DNA of 64,000 nt. It comes from a virus. Lineage: Duplodnaviria > Caudoviricetes. The position numbers and the translations under genes are program-made. The notes beneath the pieces are model-generated. The model did not search any database. It saw only the letters and a program-made list of their open reading frames with translations, and was not told the DNA's origin. This document shows, one piece after another, positions 1 through 8,170 of the stretch. The DNA is taken from IMG/VR virus record IMGVR_UViG_3300037067_017859, positions 32,001 to 96,000 of that record. The stretch is one strand, 5' to 3'. The first letter of the stretch is position 1. The number at the start of each line of letters is the position of its first letter.

Positions 1-166
1 TTAGGGCAATGCCGGTTCTGATTATCCAGCGCAGGCCGGCGGGAACGACTCCGGAAGTGAGCGCATAAAGATCCATGCCGGCGTCTCCGCGGCGCCCATA
101 AGTGGGAAGAGTAGCTTCATTGCAAAGTTTCATGACTTGCACGAGAAGTCTGTAAGGTTTATCCAT
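1..166 (-). CDS. dut: dUTPase, 5' part (runs off the left edge; not in the ORF track)
   Basis: Manual translation from ATG at 166: MDKPYRLLVQVMKLCNEATLPTYGRRGDAGMDLYALTSGVVPAGLRWIIRTGIAL, with trimeric dUTPase motif 1 (GDAGMDL) and TGIAL. The start overlaps the stop of the upstream ORF. Confidence 0.85.
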   Translation of the reverse strand, partial: MDKPYRLLVQVMKLCNEATLPTYGRRGDAGMDLYALTSGVVPAGLRWIIRTGIAL

Positions 167-428
167 GGTTTCCCTCCTTTTCCCTAAATTCGTTGATAAG
201 CTTATGTTGATTTTCAATCACCATCGCCAGAAACGCCACATCCTGCTCGAGATCAGGATCGGGAAAGATATGCTGGCCCATGCCAAATTTGTTAATGATC
301 TTTTCGAGGCCGACATGGTTTCGATCGCGGCATTCAGGTTTATCCTTTTCACATACTTTGATCAGGAATAACATTATGGCCATTCCCCACAAAAAACTCA
401 GAATTTGTAAAATCGCAACCACAGGCAT
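159..428 (-). CDS. hypothetical membrane-anchored phage protein
   Basis: N-terminal hydrophobic segment; GGAG RBS; coupled to dut. Confidence 0.6.
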   Translation of the reverse strand: MPVVAILQILSFLWGMAIMLFLIKVCEKDKPECRDRNHVGLEKIINKFGMGQHIFPDPDLEQDVAFLAMVIENQHKLINEFREKEGNHG

Positions 429-442
429 CGTATTTCTCCTTG

Positions 443-742
443 TTACTCGTTTGCCAAATTAATAATCATCCACGCAAAGGCGACCGCGATTATCAGAAAG
501 GCCAGGCATTCAATTGCGCCATAAGCGAGAATCATAAACCAGGTGATCCCTTGCCAATCGTCAGATTTCGCCTTTGATTTGCATGGTTTCGTACCGGGTC
601 CGGTATTTATACCTTGGCTTGTGTCCAATCTGACGCGCTTTCTGAAACTCCATCGCATGTTTCCACATCCTATCCTGATCGGAGCAAAGGGGGCAGAACT
701 CGGATTCGTAATGCACTTTGAGTTCGGTCCCATGCCTTTCAC
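443..742 (-). CDS. hypothetical protein with C-terminal transmembrane segment (true start probably internal)
   Basis: ORF track; hydrophobic C-terminus; overlaps 561-770. Confidence 0.35.
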   Translation of the reverse strand: MKGMGPNSKCITNPSSAPFAPIRIGCGNMRWSFRKRVRLDTSQGINTGPGTKPCKSKAKSDDWQGITWFMILAYGAIECLAFLIIAVAFAWMIINLANE

Positions 743-770
743 AGATCATTGTTCCCTCGATCTCCAGCAA
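561..770 (-). CDS. small Cys/His (CxxH, CxxC) hypothetical protein
   Basis: MICERH...CPLC; GAGGG upstream of the internal Met. Confidence 0.45.
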   Translation of the reverse strand: MLEIEGTMICERHGTELKVHYESEFCPLCSDQDRMWKHAMEFQKARQIGHKPRYKYRTRYETMQIKGEI

Positions 771-869
771 TTGATCAAATGCCCAACGCCGAACACAATA
801 ACTAATGCAAGGAATAGCGCCGTATCTGAATGATTTTCGATTGATATCAAAAATTGTTCCATAATTTCC

Positions 870-1205
870 CTACAACGGAACCACCTTTATTTCCCGGTAG
901 ACGATTTTTTTACTAGTCGGTCCAAATCCGGAAAATTCAAAAATTTTATCGTTAGTTTTAATGAATGGAGGGTACTTTCTGACCCACTCCGGCCGCCCAA
1001 AAACCTCATGCTCATTACCGTCCAAATAAACCAGCGTCAACGTCATGGCCTTATACTTCCTTAATCCCTCCGTCTGGTGCCAATCGGGATCATCTTCGTC
1101 ATCCCACTTGACTGGGGTCCATAGCTGTCCGAACATTACATCGGGGCCAATGGTTTCTCCGGTTTTTCCCGCCCTATCCCATCCATCTATAATTTGCACT
1201 CTCAA
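870..1205 (-). CDS. hypothetical phage protein
   Basis: AAGGAG RBS; lies in the leftward gene run. Confidence 0.6.
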   Translation of the reverse strand: MRVQIIDGWDRAGKTGETIGPDVMFGQLWTPVKWDDEDDPDWHQTEGLRKYKAMTLTLVYLDGNEHEVFGRPEWVRKYPPFIKTNDKIFEFSGFGPTSKKIVYREIKVVPL

Positions 1206-1282
1206 ACCGGACTCCTTTCACTTTTTGACCACAAGAGACTTCACTTTTTCAAGTCTCTGACCGGGGATTCCGACCATTTCTT

Positions 1283-1570
1283 TCACTTTTTACCCTGACC
1301 ACCACTACATGTTGTGGTCGGTGGGGTATCGATCGATTCCAGGATGAAGGAAATAGCCGCCTGGCAATCCTTTATTTCTTCATCCAAGCCGCTGATATAC
1401 GCATTCAGGATCTCCAGGGCATCTTGCTTTTTAGAACGCTCCGCTATTGCAGTCGCAATTTGTACCTTGATATTGATAATCCTGGATTCCAGGACATTCG
1501 TGACTCTATTAGCTCTCTCTTTATTCATATACACCCCAGTTTCACGTGAAACGCGCATATCCATGGACAT
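1283..1570 (-). CDS. coiled-coil hypothetical protein (likely start at MNKER, ~1528)
   Basis: Heptad-like helix; GGGGTG before the internal Met. Confidence 0.55.
   Translation of the reverse strand: MSMDMRVSRETGVYMNKERANRVTNVLESRIINIKVQIATAIAERSKKQDALEILNAYISGLDEEIKDCQAAISFILESIDTPPTTTCSGGQGKK
1538..1553. promoter_or_regulatory. parS-like centromere site
   Basis: AGTTTCACGTGAAACG: perfect 14-bp palindromic core, 14/16 match to the parS consensus TGTTTCACGTGAAACA. Confidence 0.7.
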
Positions 1571-1571
1571 G

Positions 1572-1826
1572 CTAAAGTTTTTTGCCCAAAAAATAGGAGA
1601 CGAAGCCTATCCCGATGAATTGGAACACCAATAATAGGACGCTTCCGGTGCTGATTACCCCGGCAAGCTCGTTGACGGAGCACATAAAGCTGAATATCCA
1701 GCACCACAAAGCAAATTTCAGAGCCAAGATCATCTTCTTCTTATTGTCCATGGACATCACCTTTCCATGAAAATCCCTATTACTGCCACATCCCGCGTAA
1801 GCCAAATGGCATGTCGACTGTGACAT
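1572..1826 (-). CDS. small two-TM membrane protein
   Basis: Two hydrophobic helices; likely start near MSMDNK. Confidence 0.55.
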   Translation of the reverse strand: MSQSTCHLAYAGCGSNRDFHGKVMSMDNKKKMILALKFALWCWIFSFMCSVNELAGVISTGSVLLLVFQFIGIGFVSYFLGKKL

Positions 1827-2274
1827 TGTTCGTCCGGAACCGCGTCCGCAGTTCTCTTACAAATTCGTCCAGGGCTTTCAAATCTTCGAATTGCGCCTCA
1901 ATCTCCCGAATTTGTCCGCCACCGAGCCGGGTATAAATCAAAATCATGTGAGGCGTCTTGAAATGCACATCGACCCCAAGATTAACAATGTCCTGGACAA
2001 ACGTCTCCAAGCTCGTAATCCGCTGATCAGCCTTTTTAATTTTGTCGCCGGCCTGCGCTTGCGCCTTCTCCTGATAAAGAAGCATTTTCTCCAGCAACTC
2101 CGCAACCTCGTGTATTGTTTTTTTCAACAAAATCATAACAATTTCTAGCGCCAGGACCCGAACCTCGATCTCGGCAATCAGTCGGGATCTAGCCTTTATC
2201 CTGGACAACAGCAACTCAATCCCCAAATACCTCTTTAACCACGTTCGGATTCGTCGCATGGAGCCCCCTTCCAC
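1780..2274 (-). CDS. hypothetical coiled-coil protein
   Basis: ORF track; operon context. Confidence 0.6.
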   Translation of the reverse strand: MEGGSMRRIRTWLKRYLGIELLLSRIKARSRLIAEIEVRVLALEIVMILLKKTIHEVAELLEKMLLYQEKAQAQAGDKIKKADQRITSLETFVQDIVNLGVDVHFKTPHMILIYTRLGGGQIREIEAQFEDLKALDEFVRELRTRFRTNNVTVDMPFGLRGMWQ

Positions 2275-2504
2275 TTGTCAAAATATTTCTCTGTAGGAAT
2301 CGCTATCCCCGGTTCCCGTTCATAATACCGTTTCAATAAATCTTCGGCCGCCTTGAGCCTATCCCGTAAACCTTGATTCTCCAACAGTTGCCACACCGAC
2401 CACTTGCACCCGCAAAACAAGCAGATCCTATATTGCGCATCGACGTGAATATGCTCATTCTCGCCAGGTTCCGGCCCCTCGACCCCGCACTTTGGGCAAT
2501 TCAT
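2235..2504 (-). CDS. zinc-ribbon hypothetical protein
   Basis: CPKC...CLFC; GAGG RBS. Confidence 0.65.
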   Translation of the reverse strand: MNCPKCGVEGPEPGENEHIHVDAQYRICLFCGCKWSVWQLLENQGLRDRLKAAEDLLKRYYEREPGIAIPTEKYFDKWKGAPCDESERG

Positions 2505-2515
2505 TTATCCTCATA

Positions 2516-3124
2516 TTACGGAATATATAAAGGTTTTTCTAATTGCTTCATCCTGTCATAAAGCTTTGGGCATCTGCCACTTGGAAGTTCTTCTTCATAT
2601 AGTGCTGTGAGCTCGTCCCAGGCTTCAACAAACGGTTTCCACCGAGAACAAAGTTTTACTGTTTTATGAAGTTCATCCCTAAAAGCGGGGAAGAGTTTTA
2701 GAAACCGATAACACCTTCCGAAATCGGCAGGATCATAAGGGATATCATGACGCCCTGAACGGTTTCCGGTAACGGCATCATATATAGTCAAAGAGCTTGT
2801 TCCGGTATCTCTCCCGGCTCTCCATTCCGATGGATGAGTAACTGATTCTTTATACTCGTTCCCGGCCTTGCATTTTGAGTGAATTTTAACGAATGCGTTC
2901 AAGGCGGCTGTCACAATTTCAACACGTTGCGGAAGTGAAAGGCGCAATCCCTCTCCACACCGTATGCAATATGATGTTTCTCCCGGCTTTCCGCCCATTA
3001 CAATCCAATCTGCGATCATCGCCGCCTCCACATCCAACCGTGCTTCCACGCCTTCGTCAATATAAGTGCCAGCAACGCACACGGTCCCATTAAACCTATA
3101 AAAATGGCAAAGTTGCGGTCGCAT
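2516..3124 (-). CDS. conserved phage hypothetical protein (likely start MIADW, ~3019)
   Basis: DTGxSS...PxDPxDFxRC pattern recurrent in phage proteins; GGAGG before the internal Met. Confidence 0.65.
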   Translation of the reverse strand: MRPQLCHFYRFNGTVCVAGTYIDEGVEARLDVEAAMIADWIVMGGKPGETSYCIRCGEGLRLSLPQRVEIVTAALNAFVKIHSKCKAGNEYKESVTHPSEWRAGRDTGTSSLTIYDAVTGNRSGRHDIPYDPADFGRCYRFLKLFPAFRDELHKTVKLCSRWKPFVEAWDELTALYEEELPSGRCPKLYDRMKQLEKPLYIP

Positions 3125-3237
3125 ACTGCATCATTCTCAGCCAATGTAGGGAATTCCCGTTGTTGGAAGGCATATGCCCACCCATAATTCAGAATCCCGC
3201 ATATTACCCAAGCCGCCAGGAAAATATAATCGATCAT
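3016..3237 (-). CDS. small two-TM membrane protein
   Basis: Two hydrophobic segments; overlaps neighbours at start and stop. Confidence 0.6.
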   Translation of the reverse strand: MIDYIFLAAWVICGILNYGWAYAFQQREFPTLAENDAVCDRNFAIFIGLMGPCALLALILTKAWKHGWMWRRR

Positions 3238-3491
3238 GGCTTTTTCTCCAGTATGTGGTACTTATGATCGCCGCAATCGCACGCCGCCTTATAACCTGCT
3301 TGGCAAAGAGCCGGATTGTTTTCAAACGGATACTCGCTACAGCACATCAATTCCTCTAAATCACATGCGCATTCATCGTCGTCGGGACAATACAATCCCG
3401 TATATCCTTTTGAAATCAGGTAAGCTCCGACAATATCTTTAACCGTTGGATTGCTCATCTTCTTCGCCCCCCTCCATCCAGGCCCGTACAA
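3234..3491 (-). CDS. Cys-rich hypothetical protein (likely start MSNP, ~3458)
   Basis: GYxGLY...ECAC...CxAGY pattern. Confidence 0.6.
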   Translation of the reverse strand: MYGPGWRGAKKMSNPTVKDIVGAYLISKGYTGLYCPDDDECACDLEELMCCSEYPFENNPALCQAGYKAACDCGDHKYHILEKKP

Positions 3492-3660
3492 GACCCGTAT
3501 GAGACCCGTTGACTTTTACCAGATAATATGCCCACATCTTCGCCCCGTTCATTTTGTCCCGAACAGCCCACCAAGATACTCAATCCATGCACAAACCAAT
3601 ATCGCCAGCGTCGGAAACCCGAAGCACGCCACCACTATCCATAAAACAATGACTGCCCAT

Positions 3661-3957
3661 TCAGGACATTTCCTCATTATGCCGCCCTCCATCAACGTAT
3701 TCCTGGACTTCCACTTCACCGTGATGCATCAACTGCGGCTGGATATCATCCCCGAACGTCATCAAATCCAAATACACCCGCCCACTCACCAACACCCGAA
3801 GCCTGTCCCGCCACCCAAACGACCAACAACTCCTCACCGTCCCAAACGCATCCCCCATCCTCAACGCCGGCAACGGCAAGTACTCCGGCTGCTGCGCCCC
3901 ATATACCGCCAGTTTCGCCCCCTTCGGCCACGGCTTCGGTGGTTCTATGATCTTCAT
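3661..3957 (-). CDS. conserved phage hypothetical protein
   Basis: QPEYLPLPA...SCW...GRVYL pattern; AAGGAG RBS. Confidence 0.7.
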   Translation of the reverse strand: MKIIEPPKPWPKGAKLAVYGAQQPEYLPLPALRMGDAFGTVRSCWSFGWRDRLRVLVSGRVYLDLMTFGDDIQPQLMHHGEVEVQEYVDGGRHNEEMS

Positions 3958-3994
3958 CCCAAACTCCTTTGTAAGAAATGTGAACGTATATGTG

Positions 3995-4022
3995 AATATA
4001 AGTCACTTTCCCCGTTTGTCAA
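3995..4022 (-). promoter_or_regulatory. sigma70-like leftward promoter
   Basis: TTGACA (4022-4017), 16-nt spacer, TATATT (4000-3995), upstream of the 3957 start. Confidence 0.55.
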
Positions 4023-4106
4023 CCTATTTCTGTGTGAATAATGTTAACTTTTACGGTAGGGAGAGAAAAAATTTGACGCGTACATATCGCAACTAGATAC
4101 TATACT

Positions 4107-4152
4107 CGAGGGGTGCCGGGCGCCGCCTCCGCGACCTACCCGGCGCCCCTCG
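4107..4152. repeat. GC-rich inverted repeat in a non-coding gap
   Basis: CGAGGGGTGCCGGG / CCCGGCGCCCCTCG, 14-bp stem with one G-T pair. Confidence 0.75.
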
Positions 4153-4533
4153 TCGATCGCCGCGGTCGCAGTTTCGAGCTGCCTTAAAAACCTTGCCTTG
4201 CTCGATGCGGCTGTATCTCATTGCGTCCATTACATTTCCTGCCTTCTGTGTAATTCAAGTTGACAAAAGGACATTTTGTAACCTTTACATTTGTGGCGCA
4301 TTTTAGGGCCAATTTTCCGAGGGCTGGAACAGCGCGTTCATTGATATCACAATCAAGTTTCCTCGCCCTTTCGGGTTTGGTGGCGAAGTGGTACAAAATG
4401 TATCACTTTCTTCCATGGATAAAATCGTCGCCTTAATGAAGTGTGCTTTCATCTTTGTGATCCATTGCCGATGATGTGTTGATAGCGCGTCATAGTGCAA
4501 TTGAGTCATGAGTAGGGCGAATTACCTTTATAT

Positions 4534-4548
4534 GTGAAATCCTTTCAC
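4534..4548. promoter_or_regulatory. palindromic operator-like site GTGAAA-N3-TTTCAC (copy 1)
   Basis: GTGAAATCCTTTCAC; near-identical copy at 5602-5616. Confidence 0.5.
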
Positions 4549-4622
4549 TCGTATGCGATTTTGCAGGTATTGGGACAAGGCTTTGCCTGTAAAAATTGAT
4601 TGTGAGCGATTATACGAGGGTT

Positions 4623-5507
4623 TTACGGCGTCCTTTCTGTGTTGATTGCATCCTGGGCGCTGTTTACGGGTTTATTGGCTTTTAGCTCGATAGCGCGTCT
4701 TAGTGCATCCTCTGGATTGTTATAAGTCTTGATTTTGTCATTAGGGTTTGGTCCACAGAATTGTTCATAGATTCTGTCTGCCTGATCTTCGGGTTTTTCA
4801 TTGATAGATGTATTACCTGGGCGAAGCTGATAAGCGTCTTGATTATTTGGATCCTGATATATTTCGATTGCTTGTGATTCATTGGCCGGCGGCGCTGGCT
4901 GTTCTTCTGAATTCCATGGCAGATTGTCCATGATTTTTCGAGTATCCATGATTACCGCGGTTTCGTCGATCGTCCTGATTTCCCTTACTGGGATCTGTCC
5001 ACCAGGCTGTGCTTCTATTTCGTTTATTTCGTCGATTACCGATTGTCTTAGTGGCGGCTGATTCCTGTCTTGGCGTTTGTCCCATGGCGCTATTGGATCA
5101 CGGTGCCCTTTTGCAATGTATGCATCCCTGGCAGGCCGATATTCCTTTTGATACTTCGCCCTTATTGGCGCATTGGCTTTTTTGAGCTCTTCCAGGAGTC
5201 TGGCGCCTGGGCTAAATATTAATTGCAGTGTCGCAGGTCTTTGCGGCATTCCGTTCCTGTCCCTCCATGCCGATCGGCGCCCGCGGCGTGTATATTTCAC
5301 TTTCCATGTTCCGAATCCCATCATATTTACCATGCCTTGCGTTTCCTCCGGAATGTCCCTGATGAGGCTTTGCAAATATGTCCCGATTCCAAGCGCCACC
5401 GCGTTTATCGCGTTCTCTGCTTCCCTTCGGCTCATGCCTGTCATATCCACTATTCGCTGCGTCAGTTTCCTACGATCCAGACTCGCAATCGTTCTTACCT
5501 TTGCCAT
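4623..5507 (-). CDS. HU/IHF-family DNA-binding domain with a long low-complexity C-terminal extension
   Basis: LTQRIVDMTGMSRREAENAINAV...GFGTWKVK...RPA...IFSPGARL follows the HU fold pattern; AAGGAG RBS. Confidence 0.75.
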   Translation of the reverse strand: MAKVRTIASLDRRKLTQRIVDMTGMSRREAENAINAVALGIGTYLQSLIRDIPEETQGMVNMMGFGTWKVKYTRRGRRSAWRDRNGMPQRPATLQLIFSPGARLLEELKKANAPIRAKYQKEYRPARDAYIAKGHRDPIAPWDKRQDRNQPPLRQSVIDEINEIEAQPGGQIPVREIRTIDETAVIMDTRKIMDNLPWNSEEQPAPPANESQAIEIYQDPNNQDAYQLRPGNTSINEKPEDQADRIYEQFCGPNPNDKIKTYNNPEDALRRAIELKANKPVNSAQDAINTERTP

Positions 5508-5525
5508 TATCTTGCGCTCCTTCGT

Positions 5526-5540
5526 GTAAACCCGGTTTAT
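5526..5540. promoter_or_regulatory. 15-bp palindromic motif GTAAACCCGGTTTAC (14/15 copy)
   Basis: GTAAACCCGGTTTAT just upstream of the HU-like gene RBS. Confidence 0.65.
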
Positions 5541-5601
5541 TCCATTTGTCTATCAGAATATCGTCATTATCCATGGAGATTCAATTGGATTTTATTTTTC
5601 T

Positions 5602-5616
5602 GTGAAATACTTTCAC
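5602..5616. promoter_or_regulatory. palindromic operator-like site GTGAAA-N3-TTTCAC (copy 2)
   Basis: GTGAAATACTTTCAC, 7 nt upstream of a -35 box. Confidence 0.55.
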
Positions 5617-5623
5617 TTTTTAC

Positions 5624-5653
5624 TTGACAGTATTTCTCAATTCGTGTTATAAA
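5624..5653 (+). promoter_or_regulatory. sigma70-like rightward (early) promoter
   Basis: TTGACA, 18-nt spacer, extended -10 TGnTATAAA, upstream of the first rightward gene. Confidence 0.65.
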
Positions 5654-5719
5654 AAAGTTATGCTTTCCCAAGACTCCACACCCAAACCGAAAGCCGTTAG
5701 ACAACAAGGAGATATTTCA

Positions 5720-6052
5720 ATGATTACATTGCCAGACTTTGCCAATGAAACTGAATCTAATGAATTCTTTGCCCCTATCATTCTTGAAGCTCTTCGCAAG
5801 GATGCACAGGACAATGAAACGCCAGTTCCTCTAGATGAATATGATTCTGCCATGGAGCAATTAGAAGATTACAGCGGCTCCGATATCGTAATTGTCTATT
5901 TCAATCGGCGTGTTGTTGTTGTCCGCAGTATTCTGCCTTTTGAGAATGAAGGGCTCCTTGTTATCGATCTTGATTCGAAATCTGTTGTCCTGTCCTCCTG
6001 TACTTCTTACGAGGATGGGCAGGCTTCCGAATTGAATCTCTCTAAAGCTTAG
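5720..6052 (+). CDS. acidic hypothetical early protein
   Basis: AAGGAG RBS before ATG 5720; D/E-rich. Confidence 0.65.
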   Translation: MITLPDFANETESNEFFAPIILEALRKDAQDNETPVPLDEYDSAMEQLEDYSGSDIVIVYFNRRVVVVRSILPFENEGLLVIDLDSKSVVLSSCTSYEDGQASELNLSKA

Positions 6053-6061
6053 GAGCGTTTT

Positions 6062-6280
6062 ATGAAAAATTCCCTCTATGCTGATTTAAAAGCTAATGGC
6101 ATTGAGACTGATCATCATGAAAGCGATTTATACTTTCCTCGAAATCCGCAGACAATGGCAATCTTGTCCAGATATCCACTCCAGAAAAACATTGCCAGCA
6201 TTTTCATTCACACTGTAACCAATACTCAATGGTATGAAGTTCCTTTTGCTTATTCGCCCTTTTGGGCATCGAAAGGCTAA
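6062..6280 (+). CDS. conserved hypothetical protein (DHHESDLY...WYxxPFAY type)
   Basis: AGGAG RBS; motif recurrent in phage/mobile-element proteins. Confidence 0.7.
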   Translation: MKNSLYADLKANGIETDHHESDLYFPRNPQTMAILSRYPLQKNIASIFIHTVTNTQWYEVPFAYSPFWASKG

Positions 6281-6284
6281 CCCA

Positions 6285-6500
6285 ATGAGATACGACATCT
6301 ATAAACGATATTTGCCCCTCGCACCAAATGATACCTATCGTTTTGAACCTGTCTGTTTTCGCACAAATAAGCGTGACGCTCTCTCTTGTGCTCGTGAGCT
6401 TTCCTCTAATCATCCTGAATTCAAATTTTCGGTGCATATCGGAGCAAAAATAATTGCATTCGCAAAAGCTGGCCGGGTTTCCCACTTCGCACAATATTGA
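6285..6500 (+). CDS. hypothetical protein
   Basis: AAAGG RBS; fills the gap in the operon. Confidence 0.5.
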   Translation: MRYDIYKRYLPLAPNDTYRFEPVCFRTNKRDALSCARELSSNHPEFKFSVHIGAKIIAFAKAGRVSHFAQY

Positions 6501-6507
6501 GGACAAA

Positions 6508-6693
6508 ATGAAAGTTGAAAGAGTCTTTACCGTTCCATCAACCGTTAAGCACTATTACCAATGTGAATGTGAAGCTCTGAATTGTCATGGCCGGGCAGGT
6601 TGTAAAAACGAAGCACATTCGCGCTATCGCATCGACGATTTTGTTAAGTTCTGGCTGTGTCCGAAATGTGTCAATCATTATCGAAAGGCTTAA
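6508..6693 (+). CDS. small Cys-rich (zinc-binding) protein
   Basis: GAGG RBS; CEC...C...CPKC. Confidence 0.6.
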   Translation: MKVERVFTVPSTVKHYYQCECEALNCHGRAGCKNEAHSRYRIDDFVKFWLCPKCVNHYRKA

Positions 6694-6695
6694 TT

Positions 6696-7091
6696 ATGGC
6701 AAGCTATTTACAGGAATCTTTTAATCAGGTCTGTAAGCAAGCGATCCAGCCGAAAGGCTATTATGTTTCCCTCATGGAAAATATTCCCTATTACGGTGGG
6801 CCTGAAGAAGGAGGTTGGTGGGGTCATGATACGCGCATAGTCGCTTATCAGCGTTTCCCTTCTCTAGAACAAGCTGAAGCTGCAAAATCACAAGTGGAAA
6901 CTTTAGCCAATGAATTGACTATCGAGGATAGAAAGGCTTATGGCGACCATTGCTTGAGACAAACGGAATGGCTCGAAGCTCGTGGTCTTGATGATTCTTT
7001 TCTGCCTGAACCTGATGGCGAATCTGAATTTTATGTGTGCGTTTCTGACAGTCTGCCAGAAGAGTCTTTTGGCGATCGTCATTACGAATAA
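6696..7091 (+). CDS. conserved phage hypothetical protein (YGGPEEGGWW type)
   Basis: Recurrent phage early-gene motif. Confidence 0.7.
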   Translation: MASYLQESFNQVCKQAIQPKGYYVSLMENIPYYGGPEEGGWWGHDTRIVAYQRFPSLEQAEAAKSQVETLANELTIEDRKAYGDHCLRQTEWLEARGLDDSFLPEPDGESEFYVCVSDSLPEESFGDRHYE

Positions 7092-7102
7092 GGAGTGATT
7101 CT

Positions 7103-7630
7103 ATGATGGGACCGAGAGAATTATCACAGAAATTGCAACCGGCTGTTCACGCTTGTTTGATTGCACAAGCTTGTGCCTTAGTGCATCGAGAGAGAGTTGA
7201 CGCAATTCAGCGCCGGATTTTGCAAACTGGCAATTGGCTTGCTGAAAAATCTCAAGAAAAGATTACCGATCCTAACCACACATATCTTATGCCTCAATCC
7301 GATTACCCGGCCTACTTTACCACTCTTCGAAAAGCATTAGAGGCTGACGGCTATGTTATCCAAACACACCATATTAATGACAATGAAAATTATTGGGATT
7401 ATTACTGCCCTGCCTGTCTGGCTGAAAGCATACAATCGGACGCCGAACACGTCTTAATCAATCTTTTCGCGGAATATCTCAATTATAAGGATTTTCTTCA
7501 TAAACTTCTCTCCGCCGGGATGGATGATTATCGCAAGCTCATTGATCTTCTTGTGCGGTTTGTCGTCAATTCGCCTGATTACGTTTCTCCTGTAATTCCT
7601 AAGAACGAGGCAAACCAATGCCATGGATAA
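7103..7630 (+). CDS. hypothetical protein
   Basis: TAAGGAG RBS. Confidence 0.7.
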   Translation: MMGPRELSQKLQPAVHACLIAQACALVHRERVDAIQRRILQTGNWLAEKSQEKITDPNHTYLMPQSDYPAYFTTLRKALEADGYVIQTHHINDNENYWDYYCPACLAESIQSDAEHVLINLFAEYLNYKDFLHKLLSAGMDDYRKLIDLLVRFVVNSPDYVSPVIPKNEANQCHG

Positions 7631-7908
7631 TTGACAAAGACCTTACAGCCGATCCGAATAGGCCAGAAGGTACGAATGCCAATGCTAAGGGGCTCCTGGG
7701 ACCAGGGACATATTCAGGCGATGGTTCAGAGCTCAAACATCAGTTCCGAATGTCCGATGATGATGGAATGATTTATTACATCGGACGCAATGATACCGCA
7801 GACGATAATAACGCTTTTGGGCCTTTAGACGATTTTGGAGCGCCTAACGCAGGATGCACCACGATCGAATATTTTGATGAGGATACCAGACAATGGCGAA
7901 TTCTTTAA
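7618..7908 (+). CDS. conserved phage hypothetical protein (FRMxDDDGxxYYxG...PLDDFG..GCxxIEY type)
   Basis: GAGG RBS; recurrent phage early-gene motif. Confidence 0.7.
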   Translation: MPWIIDKDLTADPNRPEGTNANAKGLLGPGTYSGDGSELKHQFRMSDDDGMIYYIGRNDTADDNNAFGPLDDFGAPNAGCTTIEYFDEDTRQWRIL

Positions 7909-8159
7909 TGTCCCAATACAAATACTCTCAAGGCAGAACAATGCACGAAGCAATCAAAGCACAAGATTCTTATGCTGTAGACGCAGACGGTTTTGCTTCT
8001 CCGTTCTGGTGTCCAGGAACTTGCGGTATTGATGAATCTATTCTGGCTTTTAAATCTAATTTCCCAAATATTCACGGAGATTTTAAGCTCCTTCGAGTTT
8101 TAAAGGGCTCACAAATTGGTTGCATGATTTACGAAGAGTCAACAACTATCACATTTTAA
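7893..8159 (+). CDS. hypothetical protein
   Basis: ORF track; operon continuity. Confidence 0.5.
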   Translation: MANSLMSQYKYSQGRTMHEAIKAQDSYAVDADGFASPFWCPGTCGIDESILAFKSNFPNIHGDFKLLRVLKGSQIGCMIYEESTTITF

Positions 8160-8170
8160 TGGAGGCTTTT

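Noticed and set aside
3451-4041. 196-aa His/Pro/Arg-rich plus-strand ORF
   Set aside because: A by-product of the C-rich strand skew; it lies opposite a recognisable minus-strand gene and its promoter.
4022-4049. Possible dif (Xer) site, TAATGTTAACT
   Set aside because: Only the XerD-like arm resembles consensus; there is no XerC arm at the right spacing.
4184-4509. Two short minus-strand ORFs in the control gap
   Set aside because: No clear RBS or motifs, and they overlap each other; not supported as genes.
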